Part shown: piece after piece, positions 13,550 through 25,746 of the stretch
How positions within the stretch are numbered: the first letter of the stretch is position 1
Layout of the letters: each line of letters begins with the position of its first letter
Assembly: GCF_001194135.2 (NCBI RefSeq)
Contig: NC_068987.1
Coordinates: 101,675,872-101,731,146 of the forward strand
DNA: 55,275 bases
DNA from: Octopus bimaculoides
Taxonomy: Eukaryota
Direction of reading: 5' to 3'
Position numbers and translations under genes: made by a program
Notes under the pieces: model-generated
Told to the model about the DNA's origin: nothing
Databases searched by the model: none
The model's input: the letters and a program-made list of their open reading frames with translations, nothing else

Positions 13550-13718
13550 GGGGTGGCTAATCGATGATATCGACACCCGTACGTAACTGATATATATTTC
13601 ATCGATTCTGAAAAGAACAATCGACCTTCAGCAGAATTTGAACTCTGAACGTAAGAACGGACGAAATGCCGCTAAGCATTTTGCCCAGCGTGCGGACGAT
13701 TATGCCAGCTCACCGCCT
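13550..13718 (-). mobile_element. tRNA-derived SINE family B (Meta/MESC-like core from memory)
   Basis: Reverse-complement head ggcggtgagctggcataatcg..cttagcggcatttcgtccg..gttcagagttcaaattc matches 35678-35910. Confidence 0.8.
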
Positions 13719-14094
13719 TACCAGAGACAATAATAAGACCGATTTATGGTCACTCGATATGTTAGAAATATAAGCAAATCCCTTTCACATCATATCCCGC
13801 TATCTTAAAAGATAAAGGGCATGTTGGATAATGCTAAGATATACGGTTTAGATCGAGAACTTCATCAATCCTCTTAGCCTGATAAATATTGTGTGCAAGC
13901 AGTGACATACTTCAGCTGTATTTGCCACTAGTTTTCCACATTCACGAGCTTTGTGCTAATCCTGGTAAGAGTCAATTGGGAGATCATGCTGGCAGAGGTG
14001 CATCAAGTGCTGAGAACCATCTCAAAACCGGTCACGACAGAGAACGCTTGTCAATGAAGTCACTAAGGGCCGATTGTCGATTTGCAGTCTTAAG

Positions 14095-14098
<4 letters not shown>

Positions 14099-14144
<46 letters not shown>

Positions 14145-14475
14145 CAGTAACGTTGAGGAAGGAGAAGTGAAAGACGTGGAAGATGAAGACGATGAAGAGG
14201 AGAAAGACGAAGAGGAGGTAGAAGTGAAGATGAAGAAGGAGAAGCTAGGTAAAGAGAAGAAAAAGAAGAGAAAAAAGACAACTTTGACGAAGAATCTTAG
14301 ACTCTGATGTGGAGGATATAGAGAATAGATATGAGGAGAAAGATGACAAGGTGGAAGAAGCGGAATAGAGGAAGAGGAAGAGTAAAAGGCGATAGGGTGG
14401 AATAGCAGAAGAATGAAAAGCAATGAGAGTGAACAAGAGAGGGAGAGAGATAGAGAGAGAGAGTTAGAGGAAGCA
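14099..14475. repeat. (GA)n and polypurine tract
   Basis: Seen directly. Explains the RERERE and E/K-rich ORFs. Confidence 0.9.
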
Positions 14476-14830
14476 GGGAAAAGGAGAATGAGAATAATTC
14501 TCAACGACAAAATCTTTAACTTTACAGCTGAAATATTCGATAAAATGTAAAATGTTCATGAATAAGCTATTACAATACGCCATAGGTGGCACAAAGGGGA
14601 GCTTATAACACAAGAAAAACATACAAATAAACTGAAGAATATTTCCCCAAAGGGAACTATCAAATGTTAAGTGCTGTCTTTTGTCATTTATTGAAATATT
14701 TAACAAAAAAAAAAACAAAAACAGAAAATGTATGGGGGTGGGTAGAAGATTATTGATTTATCGAAATAGGTTACTGTAGTTAAAGCCAGGCAACCGTTGC
14801 TTTGTAAGAGTATTATATCGAACTCTAAAA

Positions 14831-14995
14831 GGTGCGTGGACCAGTGGTTAGGATGTTCGTCTCCAGATCATGAGTTTGGGGTTTCGATTCTTAGACCGGG
14901 CGAATTGCTAAGTGTTACGTTGTGCTTTTGTTTTCAGCAAAATATTTGAAGTCACGCTACTCTAGGCCATTCAGACGAAAATGAGTACTGGCTAC
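14831..14995 (+). mobile_element. tRNA-derived SINE family C, decayed
   Basis: A-box-like tggaccagtgg and B-box-like ggtttcgattc. Similar to 22190-22340. Confidence 0.55.
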
Positions 14996-15480
14996 AGGTG
15001 GCGCTGGTGATAGTGTGTGTGTGTGTGCGTGCGTGAGAATCTGGGGGTTAACTCTTCAACAGACTGACGTTCCTTTCAAAAGTAGACGGAGTGGTAAACT
15101 CTCGGTCGCATACAGGCCATAGGAACCAGATTAAACTCAGGTTGTGGGATCGTACCAAACCTGTTTTCCCATTACATATTATGCCTATATCAAACCTTAT
15201 GTCTGGACTATATTTTAGCGCCTTTTCTCCTCGGAAGAATGACAGGCAAAGTTGTCCAGGGTAAGATATGATATCAGAAGATTCTACCATGGGTATGGTG
15301 GTAGTGGTGTTGGTGATGGTGGCGGTAGTGGTGGTTGTAGTGAATGCAATTATGTGGTGGGGAGGAAGTAGTATAATGATGATGATGATGATCATCATGA
15401 TCATGTTACTGGACGCTCACATTACATCCCTACACTCTGATGACATTAGGAATACATTGGGAAATAGTGTTGCCTTCGTC

Positions 15481-15797
15481 CAGGGCTGGCCAACCTGAGG
15501 CCCTCTTTTATCTTGCGGCCCGTTTGATAATTTCTTGAAATGTATGACCTCTTTATTATGTTTAATTTCAAAATAAAATTGTTTGTATAAAACATTTGTT
15601 TCAAAATATATCTAAAATTTATTAGTAGCAATAAAGCAACAGCCTACAATTTTATAATTCTAAACTAACGAAAAGTATGAAAAATACTTGATTCTGTTAT
15701 TTGTTTAATTGTTTAGAACATAAAGTATTCAAGAGGCCCTCAAAAAGCTTTCTGTGATTAAAGTGGCCCGCAATGTAATTCGAGTTGGCGAGGCCTG
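15481..15797. mobile_element. hAT (Charlie-like) MITE, about 317 bp
   Basis: Left end cagggctggccaacc; reverse complement of the right end caggcctcgccaact (imperfect TIR). Subterminal ggccc motifs at both ends. Right flank ctctagtc resembles the nTCTAGAn target; left flank ccttcgtc matches it at 5/8. Confidence 0.75.
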
Positions 15798-15965
15798 CTC
15801 TAGTCGTACACAAAACGCGAAATTATCACTGCTGGAGAGTCTTTGCTCGTATTTCACCATGGTCTGGTCTGAGCAGGGCTAAAAGAAGCAACAATACTTA
15901 TCCCCATCATCAACAAATGATGATAATGATAAAGGTTATTTGCTACCAACCAGTAAATATATTTA

Positions 15966-16155
15966 CGAGGCGGAGCTGAAAAGTTCCTGGCTTTCAGCGT
16001 GACGCGTTCGGAGTTCATTTTACCGGGCTTAGAAGAACTTAAGGATCGCAGCAATAAGTGTGCGAATCTGAGCGGGGAATATGTTGAATAAAATCATAAC
16101 TGATCCTCTTGTATTTTCTTTGACTCAAAGCCAGGAACTTTACAGCACCCCCTCT
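15966..16155 (+). mobile_element. mariner MITE with a transposase C-terminal remnant
   Basis: TIRs cgaggcggagctgaaaagttcctggcttt and aaagccaggaactttacagcaccccctct, with TA on both flanks. The internal frame GLEELKDRSNKCANLSGEYVE* matches the mariner C-terminus (G..L..RW.KCV...GEYVE). Confidence 0.9.
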
Positions 16156-16218
16156 TACATACTTTCACGCATCATACATACACATACATAATATCTCTCT
16201 CACACATTTACACAGTCA

Positions 16219-16255
<37 letters not shown>

Positions 16256-16552
16256 GTAAAATCATTATTAATACAAATGTGTTTAATATGATAGCAACAA
16301 TTATTTATCAAAAGCGTTGTTTGCATAATCTAGACGGCTTTGGAATAATGTCTTCAAAGCGGCTGTCGTTGTTCCTCGCCCTCTTGATCTGAACGTTCTT
16401 AGAATCCATTCGGACGATCGTCTACATTTTATTGTCAGCCATCTTAGTAATATGCAAGTGGAAAAATATATCGTTACGCATGTTAATACCCACATACATA
16501 CATACATACATACATACATACAAACATGTCAACTTACATATATTATTTATAT

Positions 16553-16593
<41 letters not shown>

Positions 16594-17149
16594 TATAATA
16601 TATANNNNNNNNNNACATACATACATACATACATACATAATACATACATACATACATACATCATACGTACATACACACAGGTACGCACACTCACACACAT
16701 ACATACACATATATATATATACACATATGTATACGTATATATATCTATTCCCATAAAATATATATTCATTTTCAAAGAATAATGTATTTACATACATCCG
16801 AACATAGATGCATTTACACAAGAAACACACACACACACACATACTCACATATTGTTACGTGTATTTTTCCAGCGTATGTACAATAATGCTGTTGTTCCGT
16901 TATTTTTCATTCTTAAGGCTTTATTTTCTTTTCAATAACTTATTTTTTTCTTTTTTTTTTTAAATAGAATAGCAAATAACCCAATAATGGTTAACTTATA
17001 AATGCTGTGTCATTAAGAAGTCATTGTACAATTTTAAGTTATACAAATTTAAAGTTTCACAATAACTTCACAATGAGGATCTCTCCCAAAATAATAAGGA
17101 TAACATCAACAACAACAACAACAATAATAACAATAATAATAATTATTAT

Positions 17150-17191
<42 letters not shown>

Positions 17192-17249
17192 GTGATGGTA
17201 AAAATTTAATGCGCATTCTTTAAGTGAGCTCATTTTTTAAAGATTTATG

Positions 17250-18359
17250 TTGATTCGAAAATTGTTGCTCACTGCAGGGCTGTGGCGGTGATATCGGTGG
17301 ATGTGTTGGTTTTGGTGGAGCTGTTGGTGGTGGTGGTGGTGGTGGTAGTGTTGTAGATGGTGGTATTAACGGTCTTGAAATTATATTTTCTGGAATAGAA
17401 GTAGTATTGGTGGTTGTAGTGGTAGTAGTCATGTTATTGCTAATAGTGGTGTTTCTGTTACCACGGCATGCAGCAGGTTCACAATTACCACCACCAACGT
17501 GTGGTGGTAATTGTTGCAGTACAGGCTGTAACATTATAAGTTGTGATGAAGGTAGTGATAGTGGTAACATTAATTCTGGTGGTAGTATTATTGGTGGCGG
17601 TGGTGTCTGGTAGCATCGTTGATAGAGATTTTGCAGTATGTAATATTAGCTCTAGTTTTGGGGAAGTTGTGGCTGCTGTAATAGTGGTGCAGGTGCTGCT
17701 GATGAGATGATGATAATTATGATGATGTAATAGTGGCGACGGGGAGAGTTGGTAGTAGTGGTAGAGGTGGCTGTCATAATGGTGTTCTTTTAGTGATGGT
17801 CGCGGTGATGTAAACAGTGAATCATGGCGGTGGTGGTTCTGGTGTTTGAGTACTGGTTGTAGAGGTATAGGTGGTGGTAGTGCACTGGTGCTGGTTGTGG
17901 TGGTGCTTTTGCCTACGAAGAAGAAGAAGAAAAAAGGAAGTAAATTTGTGGTAGAAAGAAAGCCTAGCAGTTTTGAATGAAATTTTTTTAATCCTGCTAT
18001 CAACACCACCACTACTACCACCGCCACTACTACCACCACCACTACCACCACCAACAACAACAATACCAACTGCAACAAACACCACCACCACCAACAACAA
18101 ACACCACCATCACCAAACCACCATTAACACCACCACGACTACCACCACCACCATTACCACCACCACTACCACCATCACCACCATCACGACTACCACTACT
18201 GCTTACACCACCACCTCCACCACTATTACTTACACCACCACCAACACCAACACCAACATCACCTCTACTACCATTTCAGTCGCTACCGACATCGTCGATG
18301 CCGTCGCCATCAATGCCGAAGTCACCATCACCACCACCACCACCATCACCACCACCACC

Positions 18360-18427
<68 letters not shown>

Positions 18428-18536
18428 CACTACTACTACTACTACTGTATGAAAAACACGAACAACATCTCAGTTATTACTACGGCATGCAGTAGGTTCA
18501 CAATTACCACCCCCAACGTCATCCTAACTACTGCTA

Positions 18537-18571
<35 letters not shown>

Positions 18572-18580
18572 ACAGCATGT
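17250..18580. repeat. Cryptically simple (GGT/GTA)n block followed by an (ACC/ACT)n block
   Basis: Seen directly. The two blocks are complementary in composition. Confidence 0.9.
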
Positions 18581-20759
18581 GCCACATGGCAGAGTTTGAG
18601 TAGATAAAACATCATAAAAGTGCATACGTCCCTGCAGGGATGGTGCACGTGTTTGGGAGGTGGCAGATTGTCCTTTCTTCATGCATTTTATGAATGGGGA
18701 CAATTTGTTGATTTTTTTTTTTATTTGATTATTTTCATTTTAACAGTAAAACTATGTATAAAGGTAGGAGGGCATAGAACGACAGGGAACGAAATTGTGC
18801 GTAAGCGCGTGCGTGCGCGCGTGCGTGGGCGCGCGCGTTTGTGTTTGTACAGCGTTGTTTTGAATGTACTTATGTCCTTTTTACTATGCGCTCGTCTCAA
18901 TAATTATAGCTCTTTGTCTATCTATCTATCTATCTATCTAAGCATAGATATTTATATATGTGTATGTATATATGTATGTATATGTATATATATATATATA
19001 TATGCGTGTGTGTGCTTGTATGCATTTGTATCTGTCTGTATCTATATCTATCTTCTGTTTCCTCCTCCTTGTCACTTTCTCTGTGTGTATATATATATNN
19101 NNNNNNNNNNNNNNNNNNNNNNNNNNNNNNNNNNNNNNNNNNNNNNNNNNNNNNNNNNNNNNNNNNNNNNNNNNNNNNNNNNNNNNNNNNNNNNNNNNNN
19201 NNNNNNNNNNNNNNNNNNNNNNNNNNNNNNNNNNNNNNNNNNNNNNNNNNNNNNNNNNNNNNNNNNNNNNNNNNNNNNNNNNNNNNNNNNNNNNNNNNNN
19301 NNNNNNNNNNNNNNNNNNNNNNNNNNNNNNNNNNNNNNNNNNNNNNNNNNNNNNNNNNNNNNNNNNNNNNNNNNNNNNNNNNNNNNNNNNNNNNNNNNNN
19401 NNNNNNNNNNNNNNNNNNNNNNNNNNNNNNNNNNNNNNNNNNNNNNNNNNNNNNNNNNNNNTATATATATATATATATATATATATGACGAAGGTAACTG
19501 TTATGAAACTTCGAAGTCATTGTAATCATTAATAATTATGATAGCCGATTTAATATATAGAATTCCTTAAAAAATATACCTGGATTTGTGTACATCTCTG
19601 ATTAAAATGAAACACACACGCATACATACACACATACATATACACACACGTCCACACACACATACATATACACACACGTACACACAGATACTAGCACATA
19701 ATATATAAGTGAATATGCGTGTGTATGTTTGGTTGTGTGGGGGAGAAACAAAGAGGTGGAAAGTAGAAGATAGATAAGGTGGAATAAAGAATTAGTTTGT
19801 CTACGCAGACAAGAGTTACACGAATTAGTGTTGGAAGGAATAACAAAACTACGAAGTTATGAAAGTTTTATTTAAAAAAAGAAATGGATGAACGGGGGTG
19901 AGAAAGATAAGTAGAGACCAAGAGAAGGTAAACAAACATACATCCATACCTATATATGCACTTGTGTGTATATGTATATGTTTATGTGAGTGTACAAATA
20001 AACTGATATAGGGAGATAAATAGAGTAAGAGATAAGCAGAGGAATAAGGAAAAAGAGAGAGACAGACAGAAACAGAGATAGAGGCAGAGCTGAGGAGAAA
20101 AAGACAGGTAAGGGAGAGATCTGGAGTGGTGTGAGCAGTGAAAATGTTATTGATTTGTAAACTTGCATAAGGTTTTAGCACACTGGGTTATCTTGCTGCA
20201 ACAGTATATTGATATTGAAAAATTCCTTAAGATATATACGAGAAAAAGAAAAACAAAACAACTTTATATCAGCGTTCCAAGTTTGAGTTCACTCTGGTAG
20301 AAACAGAAAGTAGATCTCTATCGTATCACTCCCTGCTGTGGTTCAAGACTCCAAGAATATAAAGAAAAACACATGCGTAGTATAGTCCGAGGTGCTCTAT
20401 ATAGAGTATAGGACAGAATAGGAATATCTAGCATGTTTTTGATCACAGATCTGGTGTGTCATGAATGACTTGGGGCTGAACAACAACAGCATCAGCAACA
20501 GTAGCAGCAACAACACCATCACCACCACCAACAGCAAACACAGATACCATTTACCCAAGAACATTTTAATTCGATCATAGATTGGGAAGTATTTGCCTGT
20601 AGATAATTAGTGAAATTGACTTAATGAATTAAAGTTACAAATCACTTTTCTCTTCACACAGGCATCACGCAAATTATGCTACGCATGACATAATTTAAAG
20701 TACGTGTACCTATCTTCTCTGTATATATTTCATATACTATTCCACTTAGCGCGACTACA

Positions 20760-21065
20760 TCACAAATGGTTACACAGTGTGATGAGTTGGCCAAAGTTAA
20801 CTATAAGGTACCATCACTGCTTAGCCATGTACTGCACTCACTGTTGGAGAGCTTTGCAAGGGCCGCCATCGAATGGACAGTTGAAACATAAAAGAGAAAG
20901 TGAGGCAGGCCACTAAAGATGTGCCAAAGGACAGTGCAGGAAAACTTAACTGATATGGGTGTCACCTGGAAACAGTTGGGCTCAAAATCGTACCACTTGA
21001 AGAACTCTCATCGCCTGGTGTTATTTGTGCGAACGAAGATAACATCATATCATCATATCATCATA
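20760..21065 (+). mobile_element. Decayed RTE-clade LINE 3' end with a short (CAT)-type tail
   Basis: Translation LSHVLHSLLESFARAAIEWTVET*KRK*GRPLKMCQRTVQENLTDMGVTWKQL matches the RTE pattern LGHVLR...ALxWTP..KRKRGRP..TW.RTV..E...G.TW. Confidence 0.75.
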
Positions 21066-21074
21066 CTAAAATAG

Positions 21075-21450
21075 GTAGAAAATTAAAACCTGGGATACCA
21101 ATTCTGGATTTGTCGATTAAATTGACCCAATAATTAACTGCTATTTCATGCAACCATTAATTACTCAGAACGAAAATGCATAGTTGGTTTCGATGTGAAT
21201 TGAATACCGAATGTAAAGAGTAGGAAAACATACTGCAGAAGCCTTTGACGGATACTCTAATGGTTCTTCTAATCGACAGACCACCACAAGGACACCTGAA
21301 GTGTCACCGAAAAGCTTTTAGTTTTTTTTAATTTATCGAGAGTCGTGAGATGAAATGCAAAACTGATACTAGTTAGAATTGAACTCGGAATGGAAAAGCG
21401 TTAAAATAATAAACTGTAAGGAAATAAGTTGCTTATTGTCCCAATTCCCA
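21075..21450 (-). mobile_element. Two heavily decayed SINE family B fragments
   Basis: Remnants such as atttatcgagagtcgtgagatgaaatgcaaaactg..gaattgaactcgga are similar to the family B core. Confidence 0.4.
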
Positions 21451-21504
21451 TGCCAATCTAAATTGTAAGAGTTACAAATTGAAAATTGGCCTCATCAACT
21501 TCAC

Positions 21505-21730
21505 AGAGATACCCATATTCACCAGAGAAAAATAAAATGATTGGTAATGTCTAAGAGAATAGGCCATTCTCGTTACATTAAGAAATATAAACAAACTCCT
21601 TAAAATATTGTATTTCGATCTGTCGAAACAATCTGAGATAAATGGGTGTCCTGTGACACATGTTATGGCCCATATATCACGATGTCATTGTTTCTCTACA
21701 GCGATGACACAGCTCTTCTCTTAGCTTCAC
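21505..21730 (+). pseudogene. Highly deleted CR1/L2-like reverse-transcriptase relic
   Basis: RT-like motifs in the expected order: PIF.., NRPFSL (cf. NYRPISL), ILYFDLSK (cf. IYLDFSKAFD), GV..GP, SLFLYSDDTAL (cf. LFADDT). The spacing is compressed, implying deletions. Confidence 0.45.
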
Positions 21731-22189
21731 TACCACCATCTTTCACATCCCAATACATTTTAGAATTTCATTTGCTTTCTTTTTCCTTTGCCTATCTCAG
21801 AACCAAATTTGTTTAGTATTCTTCTCCCGCTTCATGTTTTCTCACCCTTGACGAAACAAATTGAACATTACACTATAATAACCTTACTTTTCATATTGAC
21901 TTCCCAAGCCTGTGGAGATCTGAAAAGTTTATGGATGAAGACGCTCCTCTAACTTCGTCCGAGTTCACAATTAAAAAAATCCATATATTTCAGGATAGAT
22001 CTATAATATCTCATCTTAGAATAAAATTCCTTTCTCAGCACTGAAAACAAATACAATTATCTCAACATTTTAATGTCCGAAGTTTTCTGTTAGCCAAAGT
22101 ATTGTACAGTTATTGAGTTTACATTCATTTATAATATAGAAACATCACACGTATTCAATAGTTAGATTCATATGACAGTATATTCAAGC

Positions 22190-22340
22190 CTTGTGGCTGA
22201 GTGGTTAGGATGTTGGAATCACAGTTATAACTTGATGGGTTTGATTCGTGGGCTGAGCCGATTCTTGGGCACGGTATTGCTTTGAGCAAGGCACCAATTT
22301 CATGGTGTTCTACTCAACTCAGCAAACAATTACTACCAGC
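22190..22340 (+). mobile_element. tRNA-derived SINE family C, decayed
   Basis: tgtggctgagtggttagg..gggtttgattc..ctttgagcaaggcac; similar to 14831-14995. Confidence 0.55.
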
Positions 22341-22498
22341 CAAGTTGTGGTACAAATCTTTCTTCTTCCATATACCATGTTCTAGATGTTACGTTCATTC
22401 AGAGATTGATTCACATCACCCATACTGCATTATAGTTTAAGTTATTCTTAAGTCTAACATTTGGTGTGAATGTTTATAACATAATCACGTCCACTTAC

Positions 22499-22559
22499 AT
22501 CTGCCAAAAACCAAACAGGCCAAAATCCGATACATTTTCGACCGTAGTTTATTTGGGAG
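22499..22559 (-). other. Candidate 61-nt exon (unassigned gene)
   Basis: Minus strand: atatattttctttcgcag|CTCCC...GCAGAT|gtaagt. Two of three frames are open. No recognisable domain. Confidence 0.25.
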
Positions 22560-22589
22560 CTGCGAAAGAAAATATATAAATGATTTTTA

Positions 22590-22760
22590 ACATAAGCGCA
22601 AGTTTGGGTATTTGAGGACGTGGGATTAATCCATTAAATAAACCTGAGTACTTCACTGGTACTTTATTTTATCGATTCTAGAAGGATGAACGCGAAGTCG
22701 ACTTCGGTGGAACTCGAACTCAGATGGTTAAAATCAGGTACAAATATTGCTCTTACCAAT
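22590..22760 (-). mobile_element. SINE family B fragment
   Basis: actggtactttattttatcga..aggatgaac..aagtcgacttcggtggaactcgaactcag matches the family B core. Confidence 0.6.
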
Positions 22761-23489
22761 CCAACTGCATTTGATGAACCACATGAAATGGACAGTGCTT
22801 TGCATGCTTATTGAGTTGTGGTGTACTAAGTCATGTTAACTATACAAGTAGTCAATATGGGGCACGACATGAAGTAACGAAATCACGGCCAATTTATCCA
22901 TTCGCCAAGATATTGCAAAACCGGAACCAGACTAATCCGACATCTTTTATTCCAAAAAGTATGTAATGATTGCTTTCAAATCAATATCTCAACAAAAATA
23001 CCTGCGTTACATCCCACCCACACACGCATACACATTCATGCAATACAACACATGTATACAGATATATACACAATACAACATACGCATACACACCCAAATG
23101 TGGAACAGACAGGTATCTGAACGATATAGGTAAAACTATCAGAGATTCACAGACAATGTAGTGCATATTCAAGCTTGTGGTGTATTAAGAATTAATATTT
23201 AAATATGGTTTCGTCAGTGTAAGATAAGAATGATATTATGTCTGTATTCAAACATTTTTTACATTATTTCCGCATTTTCCTTCCCCAAGTTTGTGAGCTC
23301 GCATATGCCAATCTATTTTCAAAATATATGCGTTCGTGCGCGCGCGTCGGTGTATAGGTACACACGCGCGCGCACATGCACACACATTTATTTCTATTAT
23401 TTTTATTATATGTTTCAGCCCAATGGGTGTGGTCATGCTGGAGCAATATACTATATGCATAACTAAATTTAAATATATATATGACATGA

Positions 23490-23680
23490 TAGATCGCTAG
23501 CCACTACACATTCTTTTTTTCTCTCCTTGTTTCTCTTCTTGTTTCTTTCTGTGTTTCTTTCTGTGGAAGAGCGGAGGCTCGAAACGTTAAATACTTTTTC
23601 ACTTCCCGAGCGTTATACTAATACATCTGTTTGATGTCTACACCCCCTGTCTTTGTCTTTTTTTTTGTGAATTCTCATAT
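23490..23680 (+). mobile_element. Possible Penelope-like element terminal fragment with a degenerate hammerhead-like motif
   Basis: cttt-ctgtggaa-GAGC-ggag-GCTC-GAAAC-GTT-aaat at 23557-23592, followed by a T-rich tail and (TA)n. The Penelope assignment is inference. Confidence 0.4.
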
Positions 23681-23904
23681 ATATATATATATATANNNNN
23701 NNNNNNNNNNNNNNNNNNNNNNNNNNNNNNNNNNNNNNNNNNNNNNNNNNNNNNNNNNNNNNNNNNNNNNNNNNNNNNNNNNNNNNNNNNNNNNNNNNNN
23801 NNNNNNNNNNNNNNNNNNNNNNNNNNNNNNNNNNNNNNNNNNNNNNNNNNNNNNNNNNNNNNNNNNNNNNNNNNNNNNNNNNNNNNNNNNNNNNNNNATA
23901 TATA

Positions 23905-23940
<36 letters not shown>

Positions 23941-25016
23941 TGTATGTATGAATAATATATATAGTTAAGTATAAATATATATATAGAGAGAAAGCGAGGG
24001 AGAGAAAGATGGAGCTATACAGACTCATATATGTTTATATGTATCGATGCATGTGCATCTGAACATGTGCATATACATACTCGTGTACATATGTAGGAGA
24101 ATTTATATGAGGTGCACGTTCTTCGAAATTTCGAAATTTATACGTTAGCAACTGCTCCGTATTTCAATGTTTTGCATACTTTCTCTGTAATATAAATTGA
24201 TAAGTACATCGAGATGTATACTCATTTGCGTCTTCAGAATATATCTATGAATGCATAGGTATGTGTATACATATGTGCGTGTTTGTGTGTCTATTGAGAT
24301 GTATACGTATACTTACGTGTGAATATATGTTTTTCTCCATATTCCACTGAAAGAATCATCGATTTTTTTCTTACCTGATTGCTATCTATTTGATCATATA
24401 TATATATATATATATATGTGTGTACATACATGAATGCGCATGTGCATACGTATATACATACTTATATAAAACGCGTTGGCATGAATATATGCATGTGTAT
24501 ATATTTTCACACACATACATACACACATGTATGCATGTTTGTATGTATGTATCTCTTCACATACATATTTGTGTGTGTGTATGTGTATGATTTACATACA
24601 ACTTCATCGGTTTTATTTTCTTCGATATATCTCTTATTTGATATACTTCAGATTAGAAGCACATATAGACAGGTGCATGAGAGTTTCTTTGAAGTCTTCA
24701 ACAGCTAATGAAAGCCAACAGCGGTATTTTGTTAGAATACGCATAACGACAGAGTGATAACGATGGACACAGAGATTTGGAAAGAAAATGAAACAGTGAG
24801 AGGGAGAGATAGAGAGTGAGTGAGTGAGTGAGAGAGAGAGGGGGGGGGCAGAGAAAGAGGAATGGTGACGAGTCAGTGAATATGTAGATACTAATGTAGT
24901 CTCTCCAAGGAAAAGAAAAGCTAGGACAAGTAAATGTATCGAGAAAGTAAAATATCAAAACTTTTTATTTAGATTTCAGATTCATACGGTCCAGCCATTT
25001 ATTCTTGTTATTTTTG

Positions 25017-25058
<42 letters not shown>

Positions 25059-25260
25059 TTATTATCATTAATATTATTATTATTACTGTTATTGTTGTTG
25101 TTCTTGCTATGAGATAGCAATAATAATTGTTATTATCTCTATAAAACCCCCCTCACTGACTCTGTAATTTGTTCTTGTAATATCGTCACATATGTCGTCC
25201 TCGTGGCAAATAAAATTGCGTTAGTCGTCGTCGTCGTCATCATTATCATCATCATCATCG

Positions 25261-25307
<47 letters not shown>

Positions 25308-25526
25308 GTTCAGTAGTTTTATTTTAATAACGTGCTTTCACTTCACTACCGAGCGCAGCTCTGTGCGCCTTGGGTATGTGCTGTGGTTTGCTGTGGTGCT
25401 CTTATGTTTACTGTATTGAAAGTGTTTTGCGTAGGATGTGTGCAGTACCCAGTAGTGCAATTTTCTGTATGTTATATATATTTGTAAGTCCTGGTGTTTT
25501 TGTTATGTATTTGTCTGAATATTTTT
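25308..25526 (-). mobile_element. 5'-truncated R4/Dong-clade LINE 3' end embedded in (TAA)n
   Basis: Minus-strand translation KYSDKYITKTPGLTNIYNIQKIALLGTAHILRKTLSIQ* (R4/Dong C-terminal GTAHILRK motif), then a 3' UTR and a (TAA)n tail. A long (TAA)n tract lies on the 5' side (25531-25745). Confidence 0.88.
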
Positions 25527-25530
25527 AAAA

Positions 25531-25746
<216 letters not shown>

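Noticed and set aside
22515-22535. SDFGL kinase-like motif on the minus strand
   Set aside because: That frame has a TAA a few codons upstream within the candidate exon, and there are no other kinase subdomains.
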